Assembly (NCBI GenBank): GCA_963748815.1
Contig: CAVVKJ010000005.1
Span: 64,001-128,000 of the forward strand
Reading direction: 5' to 3'
Length of the DNA: 64,000 nt
DNA from: an uncultured Gemmatimonadales bacterium
GTDB taxonomy: Bacteria; Gemmatimonadota; Gemmatimonadetes; Gemmatimonadales; GWC2-71-9
Numbering within the stretch: the first letter of the stretch is position 1; the number at the start of each line of letters is the position of its first letter. Shown in pieces: positions 49,503 to 60,604 of the stretch. A model generated the notes under the pieces. That model was not told where the DNA came from. It did not search any database and worked only from the letters and a program-made list of their open reading frames with translations. The translations under genes and the position numbers were made by a program.

Positions 49503-50273
49503 TCAATCGTCTCCGTGGTCGTCGTGGCCGTCGTGATCTTCGTCTTCGAAGACATCGAAGGACTGGGTGATATTGCTGTTGACGACGCTCTCGTTCGGCC
49601 CGCCGGTGTTGGCGCTCGACGGATCGATGAGCGAGGTGTCGCTGGCCCGGAACCAGCTGCCGATATCAATGTACAGCGTGAAGTCGGCGGTGCCGGCATC
49701 GGTGACGACGAGCGGCGGCACCAGGTCCATCTCCTGTTCGGCGCTGACGTCGGTCTCGTAGGTGAAGGCCGCGCCGTTCCAGGTGCCGGTCACGCGGATG
49801 CTCACGCCGTCGAAGTCGGGGTGGGCGGCCAGAAAGGCGGCGTCTTCCGCGTCGTCCGACGGCTTATGGACCTTGAACTCGAACTCGTCGTAGGTGCCCG
49901 GCAGCACGTCGACCGTGATCACCGACGTGGCGCCGGCCGAGAGCGGCAGGTCGAGCAGGTAGGGACCCGACTCGAGCTCCTCGCATTCGTCGTGCGACGC
50001 CGTGCTGTCGCACTGGCTGTTGAACTCGGAGCGCTTGAGCTCCAGCTCCTTCACCACCATCTCCACGCTGTTGATCACGAGGGTGTTGGTGCCGTCGGTG
50101 TATTCCACCGGGCCCCCGCTCAACTGCAGGCCAGGCGCCGCGGCGGCGGCGGTCCCGCGCGTGGCGATGTTGAGCGAGACCGCAGGGTTCTGGCTGGCCG
50201 GGCCGGCGGAATCGCACGCGGCGAGCGCGCCGGCAACGATGAGGGCACCGACCAAGCGACGATTGCGTGACAT
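49503..50273 (-). CDS. Hypothetical lipoprotein with an Asp/His-rich tail
   Basis: LAAC lipobox; GGAGG RBS; C-terminal FEDEDHDGHDDHGDD. Confidence 0.75.
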   Translation of the reverse strand: MSRNRRLVGALIVAGALAACDSAGPASQNPAVSLNIATRGTAAAAAPGLQLSGGPVEYTDGTNTLVINSVEMVVKELELKRSEFNSQCDSTASHDECEELESGPYLLDLPLSAGATSVITVDVLPGTYDEFEFKVHKPSDDAEDAAFLAAHPDFDGVSIRVTGTWNGAAFTYETDVSAEQEMDLVPPLVVTDAGTADFTLYIDIGSWFRASDTSLIDPSSANTGGPNESVVNSNITQSFDVFEDEDHDGHDDHGDD

Positions 50274-50326
50274 GCTATGACCTCCTGAGGAAGCGCGAAG
50301 CTGCATTGGTTTCGCCTCCCTCAAGG

Positions 50327-50341
50327 GCAACCCGGGTGCCA
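50327..50341 (-). promoter_or_regulatory. sigma54 (-24/-12) promoter
   Basis: Minus strand TGGCACCCGGGTTGC matches TGGCAC-N5-TTGC. Confidence 0.85.
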
Positions 50342-50435
50342 CTCGGGGTGTAAGGTCCAACGCGTTGTTACACAACAGGTTATGATAACTTCCGAGACCG
50401 GAGGCCTCCGAGAATCGCATCGGAAGATTACTGGC

Positions 50436-50452
50436 TGTAACGATACGTTGCA
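50436..50452. promoter_or_regulatory. Candidate upstream activator (bEBP) site
   Basis: Near-palindrome TGTAACG-ATA-CGTTGCA about 100 bp upstream of the sigma54 promoter; IHF-like CAACAGGTTA lies in between. Confidence 0.5.
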
Positions 50453-50518
50453 ACAGGATTCATCGCTCAGTTGCCAGTCGTCCTTATATTGCCTCCCATT
50501 CCCCACAAGGATCATCCG

Positions 50519-50728
50519 ATGTCCAGCTCGACCCGCCCCCTCCACCGGTCCACCGGGAACCGCATGATTGCCGGCGTTCTCGGCGGGCTCGCCGAGTACT
50601 TCGATCTCGACCCGACGCTGGTGCGCGCGGGATACGTGGTGGCCTCCATCGTCTCCGCCGCGTTCCCGGGCATCCTGGTGTACATCGTTCTCTGGATGGT
50701 GATCCCGGCCGAGGGGAGCGACGCGTGA
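50519..50728 (+). CDS. PspC-domain membrane protein
   Basis: LHRSTGNRMIAGVLGGLAEYFDLDPTLVR...YIVLWMVIP. Confidence 0.88.
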   Translation: MSSSTRPLHRSTGNRMIAGVLGGLAEYFDLDPTLVRAGYVVASIVSAAFPGILVYIVLWMVIPAEGSDA

Positions 50729-52336
50729 AGTGGTGGCGCAGCGGTTGGATCGGGATGGGGCTGATCGCGTCCGTGGCCGCCTGCGCCCGCGAGTCCGCCA
50801 CGGCGTGCGACGAGTGCGGCACCATCGTCATCGCCGCCGCGGGCGAGCCCTCTTCGCTCTTCCCGCCGCTGGTCTACGAGACCGTGGGGCGCGACATCAC
50901 CGACCAGGTCTTCGAGCGGTTGGCGACGCTGGCGCCGGATGCCGCGCCGATCGATCCCGCCGGCTACCGTCCCGCCCTTGCCGAGCGCTGGGAGCGGGTG
51001 GACAGCCTGACCCTCCGCTTTCACCTGCGCGCTGGGGCGCACTGGCAGGACGGCGCGCCCGTCACGGCGCACGACGTGGCGTTCTCGTTCCACGCGTATG
51101 CCGATCCCGCGCTCGACACCGAGGCGGGACAAATGCTTGCGGACCAGGTGACGGTCGAGGCGGTGGACTCCTCGACCGTATTGGTGCGGTTCGCGCGCGC
51201 CTATCCGGAACAGTGGTACGACGCGACCTGGCATGTGCGGATTCTTCCGGCGCACATCTGGGAGGCCATTCCACGCGAGCAATGGGAGGGCGACACCGTC
51301 CTCGGCCACGTGGTGGGGAGCGGCGACTTCCGCGTGGTTGCCTGGGAGCCGGCGCAATCGCTCCAGCTCGAGGCTGTTCCCGGCGCCTCCACTGCCGTCA
51401 AGCGGGTCGTGTGGCGCTTCGTGCCCGACCCCGACGCGGCGGTCAACCTCCTCCTCTCCGGCGAGGCCGACCTCGTCGAGCAGCTCGGGCCACCCTCCCG
51501 CGTCGCCCGTGTCGCGGGGGACACCGCGGTGCAGCTGATCCCGTATCCGTCGGCGGCCTACGGCTTTCTTGGATTCCGCGTGCAGGGCGCCACGGGACAG
51601 CCGCCCCTCCTGCTCGGAAATCGCACGCTGCGTCGCGCGCTGGCCATGGGCATCGACCGGCCGTTGCTTGCGGCCGGCATTTTCGGCGAAGGCACCGTGG
51701 CGCCCGCCGGCCCGATGTCGCAGCTGCTCTGGATCAACAGCCCCGACATTCACGTCCTGCCCTATGACACCACCGCGGCCGCGCGCCTGCTCGACTCGCT
51801 CCACTGGGCGCGCGGTGCCGACGGCGTGCGGCGGCGTGGCGGCCAGGTGCTGGGATTCGACATCCTGGTGCCCGGCACCAGTCCTCACGCGGCGGGACCT
51901 GGCCCAGGCACTGCAGCAGTCGTGGAAGCTCCTGGGCGTGACGGTCACGATCACGGCGGTCGATTTTCCGGTCTTCAATCAGCGGCTCGCGGCTGGCGCG
52001 TTCGACAGCTACATCGGGGCCTGGCTCGACGAGCCGAGCCCGAGGGGGCTGGCCGACCAGTGGACTCGGGGCGGCTGGGACAAGCTGAATTTCGGGCACT
52101 ACGCGAATCCCGCCTTTGACGCCCTCTTCAGCCGCGCGGTCGCCGCGCCGGACACCGCCACGGCCGGCCCCCTCTATCGCGCGGCCATGGACACGCTCAA
52201 CGCCGACGCCCCGGCGCTGTTCCTCTACGCGCCGATGCAGGTGGCGGGCGTCGCTCGGCGGATCGAGGGGGTCACGATCAATCCCTACTCCTGGCTGAGC
52301 GACCTGTCGTCCTGGCGCGCCGGACCGCGTCCATGA
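50725..52336 (+). CDS. Peptide/nickel ABC substrate-binding lipoprotein (family 5), +1 frameshift near 51885
   Basis: AAC lipobox; PALAERW and WQDGAPVTAHDVAFS motifs; the C-terminal half (NFGHYANPAFDAL) is in the next frame. Confidence 0.85.
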
Positions 52337-53226
52337 CGAACCAGCTCGAAGCGCTTGCCGCGCAACTCGACGCCTCTCCCGACTACCGGGTGCTGCGCCG
52401 CTTCGTGCCGCCGTCGCGGTATCACGAGGGCGACGGCTCGGCGACGGCCAGGGGGGTCGTGGTCGACGTGGAGACGACGGGGCTCGACACCGTGCGCGAC
52501 AGGATCATCGAGTTCTGCGGCGTGCCGTTCGAATTCGAAAAGGAGAGCGGACGGATCCTGGCAGTCGAAGAGCCGGTCACCTTCCTTCAGGACCCGGGCC
52601 GCCCGATTCCCGCGGAAGTGACTCGACTCACCGGCATCACCGACGACATGGTCGCGGGAAAGGCAATCGACGAGGAGGCGGTGGGCGCGATGCTGGCCGA
52701 TGTCGGGCTGGTGATTGCCCACAACGCCGGGTTCGACCGGCCGTTCGTGGATCGTCGACTCGCCGGCGTTCAAGGGCAAGGCGTGGGCCTGTTCCCAGCG
52801 CGAGGTGCCGTGGAAGGCCTTGGGGGTCAGTTCCGGCGCGCTCGAGTTCCTGATGATGAAGCGGTGCGGACTGTTCTTCGACGGGCACCGCGCCGACGCC
52901 GACTGCCACGCCGTGCTCCGGTTGCTCCAGGAGCCGTTTGACGATGGCAGGCTGCCGATGCAACTTCTGCTGGACTCGGCCCGGACTCCGTCCTTCAGGG
53001 TGTGGGCGCTGAATTCGCCCTACGACAAGAAGGACGTGCTGAAGCAGCGGCGGTACCGCTGGAGCGGCGGCGAGGGCGGGTTGCCGAAGGCGTGGTACAC
53101 CTCCGTCCCGGAAGCAAGACGTCGCGGACGAGCAGGCGTGGCTGTCGGCGGAGGTGTACGACGGAGGCACCGGGTGGGAAGGTCGAGCGCATGGATGCGC
53201 GGACGAGGTACGCGGAAGAGGGTTGA
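52333..53226 (+). pseudogene. DnaQ-like DEDDh 3'-5' exonuclease with three apparent +1 frameshifts (about 52762, 53117, 53177)
   Basis: VDVETTG, AHNAGFD and HRADADC motifs are spread over successive frames; may be intact in the real genome. Confidence 0.7.
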
Positions 53227-53293
53227 GCCGCGTCGTCGTCGCGCGTCGACATGGACAGTGGAGTGGCACGCACCCAATTTCCGAGAGGCCGGA

Positions 53294-53785
53294 ATGTCGC
53301 ACGACAACAGAGTGATCCGCGAAGGACTGCAGGTGGGGCTGATCGCTTACGCCTCGGTGGCCATCTTCTACGCCGTGTTCGATTTTCTGGCCGCGCGGGG
53401 GCCGCTCTTCACCGTCAACCTCCTCGGCCTGGCGGTGTTCGAGGGGGTGCGGGACCCGGGCATCCTGCAGGGGCCCATCGCGCTGGACCTGGCCGGCATC
53501 TTCTGGTACAACGCTCTCCACCTGGTCTTCTCGCTGGTCATCGGGTTCGTGGTGGTCCGGCTGATCGCCCAGGCCGAGGGACATCCCTCGCAGGCCAAGG
53601 CGATGCTGTTCACCATCGTGGCGGGATTCGTCGTGACGATCCTGGCGGTCGGCCAGCTCACCGAGGCGATTCGCGGGCTCCTGCCGTTCTGGTCGATCGT
53701 GATGGCCAATTCGCTGGCGGTGGCCGTGGCGGGGCGGTTCCTGATGAAGCGGCATCCGGGGGTGGGGCGGACGTTGCTGGCGTAA
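53294..53785 (+). CDS. Hypothetical 4-TM membrane protein
   Basis: ATG after GAGAGG; four hydrophobic segments. Confidence 0.7.
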   Translation: MSHDNRVIREGLQVGLIAYASVAIFYAVFDFLAARGPLFTVNLLGLAVFEGVRDPGILQGPIALDLAGIFWYNALHLVFSLVIGFVVVRLIAQAEGHPSQAKAMLFTIVAGFVVTILAVGQLTEAIRGLLPFWSIVMANSLAVAVAGRFLMKRHPGVGRTLLA

Positions 53786-53864
53786 CCGCCGACGGGGTGG
53801 GTGTACGGATCGGGGTGGACGGCACCTCCGATGCCGGTGGGCCGGGGTCGGGTGGGCGCACCGA

Positions 53865-53888
53865 AGGGGTGGGCTTACGCCCACCCCT
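53865..53888. terminator. Hairpin between convergent genes
   Basis: AGGGGTGGGC-TTAC-GCCCACCCCT, preceded by several degenerate GGGTGG half-copies. Confidence 0.5.
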
Positions 53889-54012
53889 ATTCAAAGGGCC
53901 TCAACCAGAGGCGCCGGATGCCAGGAATCCCTGCGGTTGACCAATTCGATGAGGCTGTCGCTCGACACGATCGGCGGCGGCGCGCACCTTGGGCCCCGCT
54001 TCCCCGCCTTCG

Positions 54013-56061
54013 TCAAATCTTCGCCCGCCGCAACGACACCGCGTTCACCGCCACGATGATCGACGACGCCGACATCAGCAGCGCCGACACCTCCGGCCGG
54101 AGTGACCAGCCCAGGGAATTGTAGAACACGCCCGCGGCCACGGGAATGGCCAGGAGATTGTAGACACTCGCCCACGCCAGGTTCTGCTTCATCTTCCGCA
54201 CGGTGGCCTTGCTGAGCCGGATGGCCCGCGCGATGTCCGCCGGGTCGGAGCGCATCAGCACCACCTGCGCCGCCGCGACGGCCACGTCGGTCCCCGAGCC
54301 GATCGCGATGCCGATGTCCGCCTGCGCCAGCGCCGGCGCGTCGTTGACCCCGTCGCCTACCATCGCGACAAACCGCCCCTCTCCCTGCAGCGTCTTCACC
54401 TGTTCGGCCTTCTGCTCCGGTCGCACCTCTGCCAGCACACGGGCGATGCCGACGCTCTTCGCCACGCGCTCGGCGGTTTCCCGCAGGTCGCCACTCATGA
54501 GCACCGGTTCGATCCCCATGGCCTTCAGCTCCTCGATCGCCTCGGCCGAGGTCGGTCGTATCGCGTCGGTGATGCCGATGACGCCCACTACCTCGCCTCC
54601 GGAGGCAACCCAGACCAGCGACCGCCCCCGCGCCGCCAGGTCGGCGGCCTTGTCGGCCAATCGACCGGTATCGACGCCTGCTTCGTCGAGCAGGGCGCCA
54701 TTGCCGAGGAGCGTTCGCGCCCCCTCCACCACGCCTTCCATCCCCTTGCCGGGACGGTCGGCCACGTCGGACACCTGGTCGGAGACGGCGAGCTGCTTCT
54801 CCTCCGCGGCGGCGGCAATGGCGCGCGAGAGCGGGTGGGTCGATTTGTTCGCGAGCGCCGCTGCCCGGGAAAGGGCGTCGTCCGCCGAGTGTCCGTCGGC
54901 CGGGAGCACATCGGTCACACTGGGCTTCCCCTCGGTGAGGGTGCCGGTCTTGTCCAGGACGAGGGTCTCGATCCGGCTGAGTCCCTCCAGGGTGGCCGCG
55001 TCCTTGATGAGGATGTTGTGCTTCGCGCCGAGCCCCGTGCCCACGGCCACCGCCGTCGGGGTGGCGAGACCGAGCGCGTCGGGACAGGCGATGACGACGG
55101 CGGAAATCGAGAAGGTCAGGGCAGTGAGGAAGGGGACGTCGGCGAGCAGGCTCCAGCCGGCAAAGGTGAGGACGCCCGCCCCCACCGCCACGACCACCAG
55201 GATCGCGGCCGCCTTGTCGGCCAGGCGCTGACGGGGTGCCTTGGAATTCTGTGCCTTGGACACAAGGTCGGCGATCTGTGCCAGCACGGTATCCTTGCCG
55301 ACCCGCGTGGCGCGCATGGTGACGGCGCTGGTGACGTTGATCGCCCCACCGACGAGGGGATCCCCCGGGTTTCGCTTGACCGGCAGGCTCTCGCCGGTCA
55401 CCAGCGCCTCGTCGACGTCGGTCGCTCCCTCGGTGAGTTCGCCGTCCACCGGGATCTTGTCGCCGGGGCGGAGCCGGAGCAGGTCGCCCACGACCACCTC
55501 ACTCGTCGGTACCTCCACCTCCCTGCCGTCGCGCAGCACCCGCGCCGTGGGCGGCACCAGGTCGAACAGGGCGCGCAGGGCGTCCGAGGTTCCGCGCCGC
55601 GACTTCATCTCCATCCAGTGCCCGAACAGCACGAACGTGACGAGCATGCACGCCGCTTCGTAGTACGACGTCGGCTCGGCGATAATCGTCAGGTAGAGGC
55701 TCGAGAGCCAGGCGGCCAGCACGCCGGTGGCAATCAGCACCGACATGTCGAGTTTGCTGTTCTTCAGTGCGTGGTAGCTGCCGCTGATGAAGATCCAGCC
55801 TGCCCACCAGACCACCGGAATGGAGAGTGCCAATTCCACCCAGCTGGCCAGTGGCGGGTGAATGAGCATCGGCACGCCGGGGACATGTCCCGCGAGCAGG
55901 GCGACCGGGATGGTGAAGGCAAGTGCGACCCAGAAGCGGCGTCGCATATCCCGCTCCATCTCCTTGGCCATCCCCGGGTCGGCCATCATGGAGGCGTGGT
56001 CGTGGCCGCTGGCGCGCTCCGGTTCGGGCGCGTGGTCGTGGTGCTGGTGGTCGTGATTCAT
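54013..56061 (-). CDS. Copper-type P1B ATPase with a His/Met N-terminus and a CPD motif
   Basis: MNHDHQHHDH, TGES, CPDALGLATP, DKTGT, HP, GDGVND, YN and MSASS motifs; ATGA overlap with cusA. Confidence 0.9.
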   Translation of the reverse strand: MNHDHQHHDHAPEPERASGHDHASMMADPGMAKEMERDMRRRFWVALAFTIPVALLAGHVPGVPMLIHPPLASWVELALSIPVVWWAGWIFISGSYHALKNSKLDMSVLIATGVLAAWLSSLYLTIIAEPTSYYEAACMLVTFVLFGHWMEMKSRRGTSDALRALFDLVPPTARVLRDGREVEVPTSEVVVGDLLRLRPGDKIPVDGELTEGATDVDEALVTGESLPVKRNPGDPLVGGAINVTSAVTMRATRVGKDTVLAQIADLVSKAQNSKAPRQRLADKAAAILVVVAVGAGVLTFAGWSLLADVPFLTALTFSISAVVIACPDALGLATPTAVAVGTGLGAKHNILIKDAATLEGLSRIETLVLDKTGTLTEGKPSVTDVLPADGHSADDALSRAAALANKSTHPLSRAIAAAAEEKQLAVSDQVSDVADRPGKGMEGVVEGARTLLGNGALLDEAGVDTGRLADKAADLAARGRSLVWVASGGEVVGVIGITDAIRPTSAEAIEELKAMGIEPVLMSGDLRETAERVAKSVGIARVLAEVRPEQKAEQVKTLQGEGRFVAMVGDGVNDAPALAQADIGIAIGSGTDVAVAAAQVVLMRSDPADIARAIRLSKATVRKMKQNLAWASVYNLLAIPVAAGVFYNSLGWSLRPEVSALLMSASSIIVAVNAVSLRRAKI

Positions 56062-59000
56062 TTGACCTCCCGTTCCTTCCAGAGCGAGTAGATGGCTGGA
56101 ATGACGAGCAGTGTCAGCACCGTGCTGCTGACCATGCCGCCGACCATCGGCGCGGCAATCCGCTTCATGACGCTGGCGCCCGCTCCCGTCCCCCAGAGGA
56201 TGGGGAGGAGTCCGGCCATGATGGCCGTCACGGTCATCAGCTTGGGCCGGACCCGCTCCACGGCACCCTCCATGACGGCATCGTACAAGTCCTGGAGTGA
56301 GGGCACCCGCCCGCGGGATCGCTTCGCCTGCCACGCCTGGTCGAGGTAGATGAGCATGATGACTCCAGTTTCTGTGGCGACTCCCGCGAGTGCGACGAAG
56401 CCGATCGCCACCGCCACGGACCAGTTATAGCCCAGCAGCCAGATGAACCAGAGGCCGCCAATCAGCGCGAAGGGCAGCGAAAGCATGACGATGGCGGTTT
56501 CGCCCAGCCGCCCGAAATTGAAATAGAGGAGCAGGAAGATGATGGCAAGCGTCGTGGGGACGACCACCTTCAATTTTGCCGCCGCGCGCTGCATGTACTC
56601 ATATTGTCCGCTCCACACGATCGTATATCCGGTGGGCAGCTTCACCGCTTGAGCCACCATCGCACGCGCCTCCGCGACATAGCTGCCGATGTCTCGGTCC
56701 TCGACGTCGACATATACCCAGGCGGTCGGCTGGGCGTTCTCGGTCCGCACCACCATCGGTCCGGCCTCCTGCCGGATGGTGGCAATCTGGCCGAGCGGCA
56801 CGAACGTTTCTCCCCCGACCGCCCGCGCTCCACCCGCGCCGTCCGACATGCCGCCGGCCATGGGTCTGCCCGGGGCACCGCCAATCCCGTGACTCACGGG
56901 GATCAGCACCGACGCCAGACGCTCCGGGCTGTCCCGGAGCTCGTGTGGGTACCGGATCCGGACGCCGTACCGCTCCCGCCCCTCGACCGTCTGGGTGACG
57001 GTCATCCCCCCCACTGCGGTGGCGATGACCGTTTGCACGTCGCCGACGTTCAGGCCGTGGCGGGCGGCCTCGGCGCGGTCGATGTCGATGTCGAGGTAGT
57101 ACCCCGACACCGCGCGCTCGGCGAATGCGCTGCGCGTGCCGGGAATCATGCGGACCACGTCTTCCACCTCTCGGCCGAGCCGCTCGAGCTCGCCGAGGTC
57201 GGGACCGAAGATCTTGACGCCGACCGGGGTGCGGATGCCGGTGGCCAGCATGTCGATCCGCCCCTTGATCGGCATCGTCCAGGCGTTCGTGGTGCCCGGC
57301 AGGCGCAGCGCAGAGTCCATCTCGGCGACGAGCTTGTCGTTCGTCATCCCCAAACGCCATTCGGATTCGGGTTTGAGGGTGATGGTCGTCTCGAACATGT
57401 CGAGCCCGGCCGGGTCGGTGGCGGTGTTGGCGCGCCCCGCCTTGCCCCAGACATGCTGAACCTCCGGAAAGCTCGTCAGGATCTGGTCCTGGATCCGCAG
57501 GAGTTCCCGTGCCCGTGCCACGCTGATGCCGGGCAGGGTGGTTGGCATGTAGAGAATCGTGCCCTCGTGCAGGGGAGGCATGAACTCGCTCCCGAGGCGT
57601 GTCCAGGGGATCCAGCTTAACATCACGGCCATGACGGCCACGGTCACGACGGCCCAGCGATGCCGCAGCACGAGCTCGATCATCGGTCGGTACCACCGGA
57701 TCAGGACCCGGTTGATCGGGTTGGCCGACTCGCGGTACAGCCGTCCGCGAACGAAGAGCCCCATCGTGACCGGCACCAGCGACACGGCCAGCAGGCTCGC
57801 GGCGGCCATGGCGAAGGTCTTGGTGAATGCGAGCGGGTGAAAGAGCCTCCCCTCCTGGCCTTCGAGGGTGAAGACCGGGATGAACGACACCGTGATGATC
57901 AGCAGCGAGAAGAAGAGCGCCGGCCCGACCTCCCGCGCCGACTCCCCGACAATGCGCCACCGCTCGGAGGTGGAGAGCATGGAAGTTTGGTAGGACGACT
58001 CCGTGACCGGTCGACCGGCCTCGCGGAGCTTGATGTCGACCGCGCGCTCGAGATGTTTGTGCATGTTCTCGATCATGACGATGGCGGCGTCGATCATGGC
58101 CCCGATGGCGATCGCGATCCCGCCCAGCGACATGATGTCGGCACCGACCCCCAGCCACCGCATGGCGATGAACGCCATGAGAATCCCGACCGGCAAGGTG
58201 AGAATGGCCACGAGGGCCGAGCGCGCGTGCAGGAGAAAGAGGATGCAGACCAGTGCCACGATCAGGCTCTCCTCCAGCAATTTCTCGCGGAGGGTGGCGA
58301 TGGCCCGTTCGATCAATTCGCTGCGGTCGTAGACCGGACGCACAATCACCCCCGGTGGGAGGCCCGGCTGCACCTCGGCCAGCTTCGCCTTGACCCGCTC
58401 GATCGTGGTCAGCGCATTCTGGCCGGATCGCATGATCACGATGCCACCGACGGCGTCGCCCCGCCCGTCGAGTTCGGCAATGCCCCGCCGGACGGCGGGG
58501 CCGACACTCACCCGCCCCAGCTCGGCGACGCGGATCGGGGTGCCGCTGCGCGTCGCGCCGACCACCACGTTCTCGATGTCACTCGAGGTTCTTGAGGTAC
58601 CCCAGTCCGCGCACCATGTATTCGCGCTCGGTGAGTTCCACCACCATGGCGCCGACGTCGGAGTTGGCGTTCTGGATGGCGCTCATGACGGCGGTGATCG
58701 GGACGCGGTAGGCCAGGAGGCGCGCTGGATCGAGGTCCACCTGGTACTGCTTCTCGAACCCGCCGATGGAGGCGACCTCGGACACGCCAGGGACGGCCGT
58801 CAGGGCGTAGCGCAGCTGCCAGTCCTGGAGACTGCGCAGCTCCGCGAGCGTCATCGTCCCCGTGGTATCCTCGATGCTGTACTGAAAGACCCACCCCAGG
58901 CCGGTGGCATCGGGCCCGAGAATCGGCGTGACGTTGGCCGGCAGCTTACCCTGAATCCCGTTCAGGTACTCCAGCACCCGGGACCGGGCCCAGTACAGGT

Positions 59001-59304
59001 CGGTGCCGTCTTCGAAGATCACGTACACGAACGAGACGCCAAAAAACGAGTAGCCGCGTACCACCCGCGCGCCCGGCACCTTGAGCATCTCGGCCGCGAT
59101 GGGATAGGTGACCTGGTCCTCGATGATCCGCGGCGCCTGCTCGTTGAACTCCGCCTGGACGATCACCTGCACGTCGCTCAGGTCGGGCAGCGCCTCCAGC
59201 GGGGTGGACCGGACGGCAAAGATTCCGCCGATGATCGCGGCCGCGGTGAACATCACCACCACGAGGCGGTTCCGAAGCGACCAATCAATGATTCGTGTGA
59301 GCAT
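56058..59304 (-). CDS. cusA: CusA-family heavy-metal RND permease, +1 frameshift near 58582
   Basis: LPDLSDVQVI, GPDATGLGWV, IGAMIDAAIV, LYMPTT, DMFET and RPKLMT motifs; frames join as YLKNL/SDIENVVV. Confidence 0.9.
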
Positions 59305-60604
59305 CGGCCCCTCCCGTCTCCGGCGCCGGCATCGCCATGCCCGGCATGGTCGGGGTCGGCGATGCAGTGGTGTCACGCGGGACGCCGCGCCGGCTCGGGG
59401 CCTTCATGTCCATTCCCGGCATGTCGCCCATCCCCCCCATGGCCGCGCCGAGGTTCGACTCGGCGTCGAGCAGGAAGGTGCCCGACGCGACGACGCGTTC
59501 GCCGGCGGTCAGTCCGCCGAGGATTTCGATCCGATCGTCGGTCGCGGCGCCCAGCGTCACGTTGCGCGGTGTGAACATGCCGTCGGCGTCGGCGACGAAC
59601 ACGAAGTTCCGTTCCCCGGTGGCGAGGACCGCCGAGCGTGGAACAGTGAGCGCCTGGCGAACCGGCCCGCGAAACCGGATCGTGGCGTACATCCCCGGCT
59701 TCAGGGCAAGGTCGGCGTTGGGGAGTTCCACCCGAATGCGCCCGGTTCGGGTTTCCGGGTCGAGGGTCGGGTACACATAGGTGATGCGCCCCTTCCGCTC
59801 CGTGCCCGGCAGCGCGGGAAATTCCGCTGTCACCTCAAGTCCCTCGTGCGCGGCACGAAGGTCGGGTTCGAAGACCTCGCCTTCCAGCCAGACCTGGCTG
59901 AGGTCGGCGATGGTGAAGAGCGATTGTCCCGCCATGACGCGCTGGCCCACCAGGACGGGCTTCTCGACCACGACGCCGGAGACCGGTGAGCTGAACGGCA
60001 TCGCCTTTCGGATGGTACCGGTCTGCTCGATGGCGGCGATGACGTCGGGGGAGACGTCCCAGTACGCCAGGCGGCGGCGGGCCGATTGCAGCACGTTGTC
60101 GGCGCCCTGCTGGGCGGAAGGCGTGCCGGCCGCGACCTCGGCCGAGAGCCGGTGCGCGATGAGGAGCTCCTCCTGCGCGCTGACCAGCATCGGCGAATAG
60201 AGATCCAGCAGGGGCTGTCCCTTCCGCACCGGCTGTCCGGTGATGTTGACGTACAGCTGCTCCACCCAGCCGTCGATCTTGAGCGCGACGGTTGTCACGC
60301 GTGTTTCGTCGTATGACACTTGCGCCACGGTGCGCACCTCGCGCGCCATCGGACCCCGGAGCACCGCCGCGGTGGTGATGCCGATGCGGCCGGCCTCCTC
60401 GGCCGATAGCATGATCGGCTCCCCGCCGGCACCGGTGGTCGCGGCAGCGTGGTCGTGCGTAGCCGGCGCCTCGGGTGGAGTGCCCGCCCGGGTGAGGAGG
60501 TAGACGAACCCCGCCGTCGCCACCAGGGCCAGCACGCCCAGTCCGGCGACGAGCCGGCCCCGGCGCGGGGAGGTCGGAGGACCCGAGAAGGGAGAGGTCG
60601 TCAT
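59285..60604 (-). CDS. cusB: CusB-like membrane fusion protein
   Basis: GWVEQLY, YSPMLVSAQEE, YPTLDPETRT, LKPGMY and FLLDAES motifs; Met-rich tail. Confidence 0.88.
   Translation of the reverse strand: MTTSPFSGPPTSPRRGRLVAGLGVLALVATAGFVYLLTRAGTPPEAPATHDHAAATTGAGGEPIMLSAEEAGRIGITTAAVLRGPMAREVRTVAQVSYDETRVTTVALKIDGWVEQLYVNITGQPVRKGQPLLDLYSPMLVSAQEELLIAHRLSAEVAAGTPSAQQGADNVLQSARRRLAYWDVSPDVIAAIEQTGTIRKAMPFSSPVSGVVVEKPVLVGQRVMAGQSLFTIADLSQVWLEGEVFEPDLRAAHEGLEVTAEFPALPGTERKGRITYVYPTLDPETRTGRIRVELPNADLALKPGMYATIRFRGPVRQALTVPRSAVLATGERNFVFVADADGMFTPRNVTLGAATDDRIEILGGLTAGERVVASGTFLLDAESNLGAAMGGMGDMPGMDMKAPSRRGVPRDTTASPTPTMPGMAMPAPETGGADAHTNH

Noticed and set aside
51880..53180. Programmed ribosomal frameshifting at the split genes
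   Set aside because: No shared slippery heptamer, and the affected families are not known for recoding; assembly error is simpler
52715..53785. 356-aa exonuclease-membrane fusion in the ORF track
   Set aside because: Artefact of the frameshifts; the membrane protein has its own RBS and ATG at 53294
58579..58581. TGA inside cusA as possible selenocysteine or readthrough
   Set aside because: The downstream CusA sequence is in a different frame, so readthrough would not restore it; a one-base insertion does
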